A stretch of DNA of 63,098 nt, filler included, from Candidatus Tectimicrobiota bacterium (lineage in GTDB: Bacteria > JACPSX01), in the NCBI GenBank assembly GCA_016193065.1. It is 6 parts of 6 records of this genome, joined end to end, with 100 filler letters (N's around TTAATTAATTAA, not from the genome) between each part and the next. Parts side by side here need not be neighbours in the genome. Positions count along the whole stretch, not along the records: positions 10,068 to 41,001 come from JACPSX010000261.1; positions 41,102 to 50,183 come from JACPSX010000056.1; 4 more parts are not named here. One strand, written 5' to 3'. Position 1 is the stretch's first letter; every line of letters begins with the position of its first letter. The notes beneath the pieces were generated by a model. It had not been told where the DNA came from, searched no databases, and was given only the letters and a program-made list of their open reading frames with translations. This document shows positions 39,341 through 49,338 of this stretch, piece by piece. Made by a program: the position numbers and the translations under genes.

Positions 39341-40018
39341 TTATTCCTCGACCACGTACTCGAAGGTGAGAAAACAGATCACCACAAAGATCACGTCGAA
39401 GACGCCGAGCAGCTTGAGCCAGTCGCCCGCATCTCCCAGGGGATCTCCGGCCAGCACCTTCCCGGTGGCCTTTACGGCCGCAATGATCACCGGCACCGCG
39501 ACGGGGAACAGCAGAATCGGCAACATGACCTCCCGGGTCCGGGTGTTGACGGACATGGCGGCAAACAAGGTGCCCACGGCGGCAAAGCCGATCGTGCTCA
39601 AGACGATGACCACGATCAAGCGCAGGATGACCTCGAGCAGGGGAAGGTTTAAGAAGGCGGCAAAAACAGGGAAGGCAAAGATCTCTATAATCCCCATGAA
39701 CAACACGTTGCCGATCATCTTCCCCAGGTAAATCGCACCCCGGTCCATGGGGCTCAACAGGAGCCCCTGCAAGCAATCATTTTCTTTCTCGGCCAGGAAG
39801 GAACGGTTCAGGCCCAGGACTCCGCCGAAGGTGAAGGCAACCCACAAAATTCCAGGGGCTAGTTCCCTCATCCGCTGACTGCCCGGATCGAACGCAAAGG
39901 CGAAGATGAGCGCCACCAAGAGGGTGAAGACCAACAAGCTGGTGAAGATCTCCTTGGTGCGGAACTCCGTCGTGATGTCTTTCCAAAGAATGATCCGAAT
40001 GAGATTCAAGTACCCCAT
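39341..40018 (-). CDS. ccmB: Heme exporter permease CcmB
   Basis: KDITTEFR, PGILWVAF, EKENDCLQGLLLSP, LPILLFP. Confidence 0.93.
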   Translation of the reverse strand: MGYLNLIRIILWKDITTEFRTKEIFTSLLVFTLLVALIFAFAFDPGSQRMRELAPGILWVAFTFGGVLGLNRSFLAEKENDCLQGLLLSPMDRGAIYLGKMIGNVLFMGIIEIFAFPVFAAFLNLPLLEVILRLIVVIVLSTIGFAAVGTLFAAMSVNTRTREVMLPILLFPVAVPVIIAAVKATGKVLAGDPLGDAGDWLKLLGVFDVIFVVICFLTFEYVVEE

Positions 40019-40749
40019 CCGACTCTCTCCCCCACGTGCTCGTAGTAGACCGCTTCCAGATCCTGAAGCCCGATCCTCGCCGCTCTCTCCTGGTAGACGA
40101 TCTTCCCGGCCACCAGGATGGCGACCCAGTCACTGATCTCAAGGCCGCGGCCCAGATCATGGGTCGTGAGAATGATCCCCTTGCCTTGCCGCCGCACGTC
40201 CAAGAGAGCGGTGTTGAGGATGCGTACGGCATGCTGGTCCAGACCCGTGTAGGGCTCGTCGAGCAGCAAGACCTTGGGATCGTGAAGAATGGCGCGAGCT
40301 ATGGCCAGCCTCTGCTCCATGCCCCGGGAAAAGGTGCGCACCGGATCGTCTTTGCGCTCCTCGAGACCCACCATGGCCAGAAGTTTTTCGATTGGGTCCC
40401 GCCCCCCGCTGCATCCGTACAGGGAAGCGTAGAAATGCAAATTCTCCCGGGCTGTCAGGCTCCCGTAGAGAAAACTGCGATGGGCGACCACTCCGATTTT
40501 CCGGCGCAGGTCTTCTCCTTCCTTGCGCAGGTCGTGGCCGGCAATCCGGATTGTCCCTTCCTCAGGTCGCAAGGAGGTGGACAAAACGCGGATCAGGGTG
40601 CTCTTGCCGGCCCCGTTGGGACCGAAGATGGTGAGAATCTCGCCGGCCCCTAACTCCAGGTTGACGCCCCGCAGGACCTTACGATAGCCGTAGGATCGGG
40701 TCAGCCCTTCGATGCGCACCAGCGGCTCCGGCTGCTGTCCTTTCTCCAT
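40006..40749 (-). CDS. ccmA: Heme exporter ATPase CcmA
   Basis: GPNGAGKS, FSRGM, LLLDEP; upstream of ccmB. Confidence 0.88.
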   Translation of the reverse strand: MEKGQQPEPLVRIEGLTRSYGYRKVLRGVNLELGAGEILTIFGPNGAGKSTLIRVLSTSLRPEEGTIRIAGHDLRKEGEDLRRKIGVVAHRSFLYGSLTARENLHFYASLYGCSGGRDPIEKLLAMVGLEERKDDPVRTFSRGMEQRLAIARAILHDPKVLLLDEPYTGLDQHAVRILNTALLDVRRQGKGIILTTHDLGRGLEISDWVAILVAGKIVYQERAARIGLQDLEAVYYEHVGERVGWGT

Positions 40750-40847
40750 CCCAATCCTCCCGCCGTTTGAGAATCGCCAGAGGCAACCCTCTCACAGAAG
40801 TCAAAAACTTCGGAATGATGCCACGCCCTTCCCCATGCGTCAATACA

Positions 40848-40875
40848 GATCAGCAGTCAGCGGCCAGCACTCAGC
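40848..40875 (-). repeat. Heptamer tandem repeat (same type, opposite strand)
   Basis: GATCAGC AGTCAGC GGCCAGC ACTCAGC. Confidence 0.65.
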
Positions 40876-40910
40876 TAAGAATTCGGAACAAGAAGCAAGA
40901 AAGAAGGCCC

Positions 40911-41001
40911 TTGCCCACCCCCAGTTTCTCTTCGGCATCCTCGGGGTGCCCCCTTGGGCTCACGAAGCGCTTGCGACGCGAGTTGTGTCGGCCGGATTGA
41001 G
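40911..41001. repeat. Family A repeat truncated by the contig end
   Basis: Matches the reverse complement of 38338-38428 with two differences. Confidence 0.9.
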
Positions 41002-41101
41002 NNNNNNNNNNNNNNNNNNNNNNNNNNNNNNNNNNNNNNNNNNNNTTAATTAATTAANNNNNNNNNNNNNNNNNNNNNNNNNNNNNNNNNNNNNNNNNNN
41101 N
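41002..41101. other. Assembly linker
   Basis: N-run with TTAATTAATTAA. Confidence 0.99.
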
Positions 41102-42411
41102 CGCTGATACCTCATCCCCCGGGTTATGATTCCTATCCGTTTATAAACCCGAGTGGCTGGGAGATAGTCATCCCGGTGGCCAATGCGGGGCCCGATCAGA
41201 CGGTGAATGAGGGGATCCTGGTGACGCTCGATGGAACAGGAAGTACCGGTCAAAACTTAACCTTCAGTTGGACCCAGCTTGCTGGCCCCGTTGTAACTCT
41301 GAGTGGTGCCAACACCCCCACACCCAGTTTCACACCGCTGTTGCCGGGCGGATTCGGCAGCCAGGTGCTCACGTTCCAACTGACAGTAACCAGTGGCGAC
41401 CTAGCGAGCTCAGATACTGTTGACATCACAGTCAAGAACGTGAATCACGGACCGGTGGCCCTGGCTGGCGCGGATCAGACCGTCAACGAGGGGAGTTTGG
41501 TTACGCTTGACGGAAGTGCCAGCTACGACCCGGATAGTGACCCCATCACGTACCAGTGGGTGCAGACCGGGGGGGATCCGGTGACGCTCAATGGCCCGAC
41601 GACAGCGACTCCGACATTCACGGCTCCAATCCTCTCAGGTGGCGTGGGTGGATCGAGCACCCTGACGTTCGCCTTGACGGTCTCGGATGATGCTCTCTCA
41701 AGCCCTGCCGATGAGGTGCAGGTGGTCGTGGAGCAAGTAAACCACGCGCCGGTGGCAAACGCGGGGGCACCTCAGACCGTACATAGTGGCAGTCTCGTCA
41801 CCCTGGACGGCACTGGCAGCTACGACCCGGATAGTGACCCCATCACCTACCAGTGGGTGCAGACCGGGGGGGATCCGGTTGTCACGCTCACGGGCGCTAC
41901 AACCCCCACTCCGAGCTTCGTGGCCCCTCCAGTATCGGGGACCACCTCGCTTATCTTCGAATTAACGGTCAGCGACACCTTGTTCAGCAGCACGGCAGCT
42001 GTGTCCATTACCGTAAAGAATGGTCCGCCCGTCTGTGGGGTGGCAAGCGCAGTTCCGAGCCTCCTGTGGCCACCGAATCACGGCCTGGTGCCGGTCAGCA
42101 TATCCGGGGTCACCGATCCGGACGATAGTGGTGTTGCGATCAGCATTGTGGGGGTAACGCAGGACGAGCCCGTGAACGGTTTGGGCGATGGTGACACGAG
42201 TCCGGACGCTGTGATCAAAGGGGACAAGGTCCTCCTGCGGGCAGAGCGCTCTGGGACTGGAAACGGGCGGGTCTACGAGGTCCGCTTTACCGCCGATGAC
42301 GGCCAGGGAGGGGCGTGTTCGGGAGCCGTTAGCGTGAAGGTCCCTCACAGTAATAAGCGTGGAGTGGTCACCATTGACGATGGGCAGCTCTACGACTCGA
42401 CCCAGCCGTAA
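41102..42411 (+). CDS. Surface protein with PKD/K319L-like Ig repeats and a C-terminal LWPPNH domain, 5'-partial
   Basis: Three PVA.AG..QTV..G.LVTLDG..S repeats; frame open to the contig edge; 62-bp near-identical DNA repeat at 41521-41582 and 41818-41879. Confidence 0.85.
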
Positions 42412-42667
42412 ATCGGCACTGGAGGCTTATTGGGGACCGGGCACTTGGTTTGGCAAATGGGTCCTTCGGGTTCTTTGGGCTGGGGTGAAGGGAGTCTGTT
42501 GGTGAGGGAGTGTTGGCCACGGACGTGGCTATACCGTCACGCTCCAGTGCACCGACGCTTCTGGATGTAGATCGATGAAGACCAAAACGGTGACAGTCCC
42601 ACGCAAGAAGCCGAAAAGCAAGTAGCAAGGAGCTAGGAGCAAGGGATTCTGTTGTAGCCAAGAAATC

Positions 42668-42929
42668 AAGATGAACTGCATCGAATTGCCTCTGGCGTAA
42701 GTAGACCAACGGACGGAGAAGGTCGACCGTTGGGTCAACAGTGAGCAGAAGCATCGCTGGGTAGCCCACGACGCTGCTGGACGTCAAGCCTCGGCTGCGG
42801 CGCCTGCACGGCTATCAATTTCTGCCGCCGCTCCGCCCTGCCCTGGTCAAGGATCAGAAGGAGCCGCAAGAGGTTGCGTAAGACCATGCGAACACCCTTC
42901 TCAATTTCAACGAGAAATGGGATCGACTC
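42668..42929 (+). mobile_element. IS256-family transposase C-terminal remnant with right end
   Basis: NCIELPLA*VDQRTEKVDRWVNSEQKHRWVA / LLDVKPRLRRLHGYQFL (stop plus frameshift); terminal AATTTCAAC...GGGATCGACTC. Confidence 0.7.
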
Positions 42930-43345
42930 GAATTCTTGGTGCCCTAAGAAACCGTTGACAGAGCAAAAGACAGAGTGCTAAAAGAAGGCCAGATCTAGAA
43001 ACTTCTCATCCAATCGGGACACGCTAAAAGCGAGGGATCCCTCAAGGATTCTGGGCGTGCACCCCATAAGCAAAAGGGGGCCTTTAATGACGCTCTGCCG
43101 TCGATCAGCCCTTTTGCTCTCGCCTCAAAAGGCGGTATTCCCCGTCTTCGCGTCTTTAACGAACTCCGAATCGGAGCCAAATTCCGAGGCTGGGTTAGGG
43201 TGTACGCCTGGGGTTAAACCCCCATTGTTGTTCTCCTCTGATTCCCTAAGGGGGAAAGAAGGAGGTGGTGATCGTTGATTGAATTGAGATCTTTTCAAGG
43301 TTCGACTTGATCCTGTCCGCAATGGATTTGGGGAGGAGGGGTACC

Positions 43346-43945
43346 ATGAAAAAGCTAGCGGTGTTGTCGGCGCTGGTAGTGTTCCTGGGTGTTCTTGCCT
43401 TAGCGGGGAGCGGGGTGTCTGCGCGCGGCGGTCCAAAGGGTGGGTGCGCCACGATTCAGGATGGAACCATTACGGACAGTGATGGAAACCCTCTGGTGCT
43501 GGGGTTCGACCAGTTCGGATACAACTACCAGGCCCACGAGTTTAACGGCACATACGACAGCGTGGACCGCGTCCTCGACGGCAAGTACTATGGTGCTACT
43601 GGAGACTATGTGGATGACCAACTGTGGATGAAGTGGTCCGATGACTGGCTTTCCAATAAGGACTGCAATGGGGATGGAAAGCTTGATAGAGGTGCGGCAG
43701 GCACCAGCCAAGGATGGCTCACCAATCACGTGGAAGGGGACTATGACTCCAATGGCGATGGCCTTCAAGATGCCCACTACACCTATTTCGTAAAGGTTGG
43801 CTGGGTCGGGCCGGGGGGCCCCCTCTGGGGTCAGTACACAGTTATCCAGGAGGTGTACAACGACCCGGTCGGTGGCTATCACGGCCTGCTCTCCAAGATC
43901 GCGGCGCCCGGCCTTGGCTTGAACGAGCACTGGACCCAGCAATAG
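43346..43945 (+). CDS. Secreted Asp/Gly/Tyr-rich hypothetical protein
   Basis: RBS GGAGG, signal peptide, DCNGDGKLD and DSNGDGLQD loops. Confidence 0.8.
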   Translation: MKKLAVLSALVVFLGVLALAGSGVSARGGPKGGCATIQDGTITDSDGNPLVLGFDQFGYNYQAHEFNGTYDSVDRVLDGKYYGATGDYVDDQLWMKWSDDWLSNKDCNGDGKLDRGAAGTSQGWLTNHVEGDYDSNGDGLQDAHYTYFVKVGWVGPGGPLWGQYTVIQEVYNDPVGGYHGLLSKIAAPGLGLNEHWTQQ

Positions 43946-44446
43946 CAGAGAGCGAGGGTCTCCAAACAAAGTAAGGCTACAAGGCCGGATGGTCGCGTGA
44001 CGGGAACGGCGCCAACTTCCCCCGATTTCCGGGTTGTCCCATCGCTCTGGGGAACTGTGGGCCGGGGTGACCTGGCGCTGTGGGAAGTCTCCTACGGGAT
44101 TGCCCGGAGCGGAGAAGGGGCGATCCATAGGAAAAAAGTCCCCTGCCGTTCCCTGCGCGGCGGGAGGTGTGTAAACACTCGACTTGTGCTATACTGCGCT
44201 GCACAAACGTGGCAGTTGATAAACAGCAAGGCTGTGCGCTTGTCCTGAAATCGCCAACGATTCGGGGGCGGGTATCCGTGGTTTTTTGGCGGTATCCGGG
44301 AACCATTGGACTCGCTTCCCGCCTTAAAGCTTCTTCAGGCCCGAATTCATCGGAAGAATCGGTCCAGGCAGGGATGCGTGGGGTTGTGTCCAGGGCGGAT
44401 TGGTCTGCTTGGAGGCGGTGAAACGTGCAGAGAGGAGGATCATAGA

Positions 44447-47400
44447 ATGAAACGGCGGGAGCTGGGACAATCACTGGCGGCGATCTCGATCCTGTTCTTG
44501 GTGATTCTTCCTGTCCTGGCGGACGCTGGGACTATTTCCGCGGCGGCAAACCCCGCTCCCGGGGTTTCCCGCGTGGCTTACAACAAGTTGCCCCTGATCT
44601 TTGAAGCGAACCGGGGGCAGACGGATGCTCAGGTAAAGTTTCTTTCCCGAGGCCACGGTTATACCTTGTTCTTGACTTCCACGGAGGCGGTGCTGGCTTT
44701 ACGCAAGCCTCAGGCCGCTGCCCAGAAACTCGATTCCACTCTTTCTCCCTCTCCTCGTGTGAAGGGCTCTCTCCCACTGGCTTCCCCGAGGGCGGAGGAT
44801 CGTGCCTTGTCTACTCCCCCGAGCCCGGAGGGTTCTCTTAAATCCCTTCCGACGGCTGAAGGGGATTCTCCTTTGTCCCCTCCCCCCACCGCGGGGGAGG
44901 GTCAGGGTGGGGGGGCCGTCCTGCGCATGAAGCTTGTGGGCGCCAATCCTGATCCCCGGGTAGTGGGGCGGGAGGAGCTTCCCGGCAAGAGCAACTACTT
45001 TATCGGCAACGATCCGAAGAAATGGCGCACCAACGTCAGCACCTATGCCCGGATCGAGTATCGAGACGTCTATCCCGGAGTGAATCTGGTCTACTACGGA
45101 AACCAGGGGCAACTGGAGTACGACTTTATCGTCGCCCCGGGCGCTGATCCCGCCGCCATTCGGCTCTCGATCGGGGGTGCGGACAAACAGGAGATCGACG
45201 ATCAGGGTCATCTCGTTCTGCACGCCGCAGGCGGACAGATCCGCCTCCACAAGCCCCTTGTCTATCAAGAAGTCGACGGCGTCAGAAAGTTCATCCCCGG
45301 CCGCTACGTGCTCATCCCTTCATCTTTATCCCTTCTCCCTTCGGGAGAGGGTCAGAGCAAGGGTACGATTCGGATCGGCTTTGAAGTGGCCGCCTACGAT
45401 GCGAGCAAGCCTCTCGTCATCGATCCGGTGCTGAGCTACTCCACCTATTTGGGCGGCACCGGCGCGGATTTCGGCAACGGCATCGCCGTGGATTCCTCCG
45501 GAAATATGTATGTGACGGGCTATACTGCGTCGGCCAACTTTCCTACAGCAAATCCTGTCCCGCCTGGACTCAATGCTGGCGGCTACGATGCCTTCGTAAC
45601 GAAGTTGAGCGCCACTGGTGCGCTTGTTTACTCCACGTACCTGGGCGGCAGCGGAGACGATCGGGCGAACGGCATTGCCGTGGACGGTGTCGGCAACGCG
45701 TACGTGGTCGGCTCAACGAACCCGCTAGACCATCTCTATTCAAACGACTTCCCCACGAAGGAGGCCTTACAGGCCCAGTTCGGTGGCCATACGGATGCCT
45801 TCGTGACAAAACTGAACGCTTCCGGTGGGCTTGTTTACTCCACCTACCTGGGCGGCCTTGATTACGACGGGGGGTTCGGCATTGCCGTGGACGCCGCTGG
45901 GAATGTGTACATTACCGGTGACACATGGTCCGACACCTTTCCTACAACGCCGGGCGCCTTCCAACCTGCACTCAGCGGACCCGCGCAAATTGACGCCTTC
46001 GTGGCCAAGTTGAATGCCGCCGGTTCCGGGCTGGTCTATTCCACCTACCTGGGCGGAAACGGCGGCGTACCCGGCTATGGCATTGCCGTCCATGGCTATG
46101 GCATTGCCGTCGACGCTTCCGGGAATGCCTACGTGACGGGAGATGTTAACAACGGATGGGAACCCGATCGCACCAAGCTGCATTTTCCCACGGTCAATGC
46201 CTTTCAGGCTACCTACGGCGGTGGCTCATTCGATGCTTTCGTAACGAAGCTGAATGCCTCCGGTTCTGCTCTGGTCTACTCGACCTATCTGGGTGGCAGC
46301 GGCCAGGAGCATGGTTATGGCATTGCTGTGGACGGCGCCGGCGCCGCCTACGTGGCGGGTTGGACTCTATCGAGCGACTTCCCGACGAGGGCGGGTTCTT
46401 TTCAGACCGTGTACGGCGGTTCCACGGATGCCTTCGTAACGAAGCTGAGCGCCACGGGTGGGCTTGTTTACTCGTCTTACCTGGGCGGTAGTTTCTATGA
46501 CGAAGGCTTCGGCATCGCCGTAGACGCTTCCGGCAATGCCTACGTGACGGGTTGGACCGGGCAGACATTTACAACGAACAACTTTCCTACGGTGAATCCT
46601 TTCCAGACTGCGATGAGCGGGTTCACTGACGCATTCGTAGCCAAGTTAAATGACGCCGGCTCGGCCCTGGTTTATTCCACCTATCTGGGCGGCAGCGGCG
46701 GCGAAACGGGCTTTGGCATCGCCGTGGATGCTTCCGGCAACGCTTACGTGACGGGCTCCACCGGTTCGAGCAACTTCCCGACGACGTCTGGTCCGTTTGG
46801 GCCCGGAGGTGGAGATGACGCCTTCATAGCGAAAATCACCGCTGCCGTTCCCAACCGGGATCCGGTAGCCGACGCAGGTCCGGATCAGACCGTGGAAGGG
46901 ACCAGTCCCTCGGGGGCTAGGGTGACCCTGGACAGCTCCGGATCAAGCGATCCCGATGGTGATGTACTCACTTACACGTGGATTGAGTCTGGCAATATGA
47001 TCGGTTCCGGTAAAACCATAGCGGTTACTCTATCCATGGGGACCCATGTCATTACTCTCACCGTGGATGACGGCAAGGACGGGACAGCTTCAGACACCGT
47101 GACCGTGAAGGTACAGGACACGACTGCTCCCCTCATCTCCTCCGTCTCGGCCAGTCCGAGTGTTCTCTGGCCCCCGAACCGCCGGATGGTTCCGGTGACC
47201 GTGGCTGTTTCCGTCTCCGACATTTGTGATGGTGCGCCCAGATGCCGGATCGTGTCTGTGACCAGCAACGAGCCGGTAAGCGGACTCGGCCGGCGCGACA
47301 GGACCCCCGACTGGGAGATCACCGGAGACCTTACGATGAACCTTAGAGCGGAGCGTTCCGCAAAGGGGAGAGGGCGTGTCTACACGATTACGATCCGGTG

Positions 47401-47485
47401 CGCCGACGCCTCGGGAAATAGCTCGACGAAGACCACCACAGTGACAGTTCCGCACAAGAAACCGAAAAAGGAGAAGAAACGGTAA
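44447..47485 (+). CDS. Secreted SBBP-repeat beta-propeller protein with PKD and LWPPNH domains
   Basis: FEANRGQ N-terminal domain; about seven LVYSTYLGG..D.G.GIAVD..GNAYVTG.T.S.DFP repeats; RBS GAGGAGG. Confidence 0.9.
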   Translation: MKRRELGQSLAAISILFLVILPVLADAGTISAAANPAPGVSRVAYNKLPLIFEANRGQTDAQVKFLSRGHGYTLFLTSTEAVLALRKPQAAAQKLDSTLSPSPRVKGSLPLASPRAEDRALSTPPSPEGSLKSLPTAEGDSPLSPPPTAGEGQGGGAVLRMKLVGANPDPRVVGREELPGKSNYFIGNDPKKWRTNVSTYARIEYRDVYPGVNLVYYGNQGQLEYDFIVAPGADPAAIRLSIGGADKQEIDDQGHLVLHAAGGQIRLHKPLVYQEVDGVRKFIPGRYVLIPSSLSLLPSGEGQSKGTIRIGFEVAAYDASKPLVIDPVLSYSTYLGGTGADFGNGIAVDSSGNMYVTGYTASANFPTANPVPPGLNAGGYDAFVTKLSATGALVYSTYLGGSGDDRANGIAVDGVGNAYVVGSTNPLDHLYSNDFPTKEALQAQFGGHTDAFVTKLNASGGLVYSTYLGGLDYDGGFGIAVDAAGNVYITGDTWSDTFPTTPGAFQPALSGPAQIDAFVAKLNAAGSGLVYSTYLGGNGGVPGYGIAVHGYGIAVDASGNAYVTGDVNNGWEPDRTKLHFPTVNAFQATYGGGSFDAFVTKLNASGSALVYSTYLGGSGQEHGYGIAVDGAGAAYVAGWTLSSDFPTRAGSFQTVYGGSTDAFVTKLSATGGLVYSSYLGGSFYDEGFGIAVDASGNAYVTGWTGQTFTTNNFPTVNPFQTAMSGFTDAFVAKLNDAGSALVYSTYLGGSGGETGFGIAVDASGNAYVTGSTGSSNFPTTSGPFGPGGGDDAFIAKITAAVPNRDPVADAGPDQTVEGTSPSGARVTLDSSGSSDPDGDVLTYTWIESGNMIGSGKTIAVTLSMGTHVITLTVDDGKDGTASDTVTVKVQDTTAPLISSVSASPSVLWPPNRRMVPVTVAVSVSDICDGAPRCRIVSVTSNEPVSGLGRRDRTPDWEITGDLTMNLRAERSAKGRGRVYTITIRCADASGNSSTKTTTVTVPHKKPKKEKKR

Positions 47486-47694
47486 GATAAGGATTACGGG
47501 CCCCCTGGAGCAATTCCCAGTCCAAGGGGAAAAAGCCGAGGTGGTATTCGGGCTTGACAGGAGCGGGAAAATGTTAATAATTGCGCCTAGTTCCGTGTCT
47601 AGCCCAACGGCACTATCCGCTCCCTTCCGGAATATCCCGGCGCTGAGTCGTGGACTTGGTGTCTTTGCCTTGTATACTCTCTCGGTGAGCCGCC

Positions 47695-49320
47695 ATGTAT
47701 AAAGCGTTCTTTGGGTTCAAGGAGCAGCCGTTCAATATCTCTCCCGATCCCCGCTTCTTGTTCTTGAGCCGGACCCATGAGGATGCTTTCAATCAGGTCG
47801 TTTATGGGATCCGGCAGAGGCTGGGGTTTATCCGGGTAGTGGGGGAAGTGGGCACGGGGAAGACGATCCTTTGCCGACACCTCTTGAGCAAGCTGGCGGA
47901 CGAAGCAGCCACAGCGTACATCTTCAACCCTTTCCTGTCACAAATTGAGCTGCTGCGCGCCATCAACCAGGATTTCGGCCTCCCGGTGGCAGGAGGCGAG
48001 TCGGAGAAACAGCTCGTTGAAGACTTGAACGGGTTCCTGATGGCCAGGCAGGCCGCGGGGCGCAATGCGGTCCTGATCCTCGATGAAGCCCAGAACCTGG
48101 AAGACAAAGTGCTCGAGCAGATCCGCCTGCTCTCCAACCTGGAGACCGAGCGGGAAAAGCTCTTGCAGATCGTCCTGGTGGGCCAGCCGGAGCTGGAGGC
48201 CAAGCTGGAGAAAGTCCACCTGCGCCAGCTCGATCAGAGGATCGCCATAAGGGTTCATCTACAAACCCTCAACCTCGAAGAGACCGAGCGGTATATTGCC
48301 CATCGTCTTTCCATCGCGGGCGGGCGGGGAAACTTCCAGTTTCTCCCGGAAGCTTTCAGGGAAATTTTCCGGCATACCCAGGGAGTACCACGCAAGATCA
48401 ATCTCCTTTGCGACCGGATTCTTCTGTTAAGTCTGGTGAGAGAGACCCGCAGCATTGACGCGAGGGCGGTGGAAGCTTCGGCAAAGGATCTGGGATGGAG
48501 GCAGCCCTCACTTTCCGGAGTTCAGTTTCCCCGCTTCCGGACACCGGCAGTGCTGCGCTGGGGCCGGGCGGCCGCAGTTTTGATTTTTCTGGTGGGTGCA
48601 GCGGTTCTCGGCCATGAAATTGCGGGGAAAATGGATTTTCTCGGCAAGGCTGTCGGGAAACTGCGTGGGGAAGCGGTTACCGCAACCGTCTCGGCAAAGG
48701 CCGCGACGCCGGGGAAAGCCGAGGTAGCCGATGCGGACAGGGAGTGGCGGCTGCAGCGCCTCTGGTCCATCCGGGAGCAGCTCAGACTTGCTGTGCTTAA
48801 GGGAGGACAGCATCTCTCGACTGCGGAGCTGGCGGATCAATATCGGATGAAAAGCATGACAGTAACGCTGACGGACTCACCACCCCAAGCGATTGCTGAA
48901 CCCGTCCTCATGCAGGGTTGGGCCCAGGGGACGGATCGGCCCGAGTTATGGGTGGTGTCCAGGGCTTCAGGAGCAATGCTGGAAGTTTACGATGGACAGA
49001 CCAAAGAACTGAAGATAGAAGAGCCCCACCTGGTTCCCGGCAAACCCGTTACCCTGTTCTTGTTCTATGAGTCCAGGCCGGGCGAAGATCGAATCCTGGT
49101 GGCGGGAGATTCCGGGCCGGAGATCGAATGGCTGCAGAGACAACTGAAAGAACTTGGTTACTACCGAGGGGCCATCAATGGGCTCTTCGATGAGGAAACC
49201 CGGGCCGCAGTGAAGCAGGTCCAGAGCCAGCACGGGCTCGACAGCGACGGGATCGCAGGTCCACAAACCCAGATCCTGTTAACCCATCTGGCGGGACGGC
49301 CGGAGAAATCGAAGGGCTGA
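47695..49320 (+). CDS. exeA: ExeA/GspA-family AAA ATPase with a peptidoglycan-binding domain
   Basis: MY.AFFGFKEQPF..SPDP.F, GEVGTGKT, LDEAQ, GQPEL, GVPRKIN; C-terminal LQRQLKELGY..DGIAGPQT. Confidence 0.9.
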   Translation: MYKAFFGFKEQPFNISPDPRFLFLSRTHEDAFNQVVYGIRQRLGFIRVVGEVGTGKTILCRHLLSKLADEAATAYIFNPFLSQIELLRAINQDFGLPVAGGESEKQLVEDLNGFLMARQAAGRNAVLILDEAQNLEDKVLEQIRLLSNLETEREKLLQIVLVGQPELEAKLEKVHLRQLDQRIAIRVHLQTLNLEETERYIAHRLSIAGGRGNFQFLPEAFREIFRHTQGVPRKINLLCDRILLLSLVRETRSIDARAVEASAKDLGWRQPSLSGVQFPRFRTPAVLRWGRAAAVLIFLVGAAVLGHEIAGKMDFLGKAVGKLRGEAVTATVSAKAATPGKAEVADADREWRLQRLWSIREQLRLAVLKGGQHLSTAELADQYRMKSMTVTLTDSPPQAIAEPVLMQGWAQGTDRPELWVVSRASGAMLEVYDGQTKELKIEEPHLVPGKPVTLFLFYESRPGEDRILVAGDSGPEIEWLQRQLKELGYYRGAINGLFDEETRAAVKQVQSQHGLDSDGIAGPQTQILLTHLAGRPEKSKG

Positions 49321-49338
49321 AGGGCAGGAACTGTTCTC

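Noticed and set aside
42990-43340. Riboswitch in the long leader of 43346
   Set aside because: Hairpins are present, but I could not match the conserved cores of c-di-GMP, c-di-AMP or other classes by eye; an Rfam search is needed.
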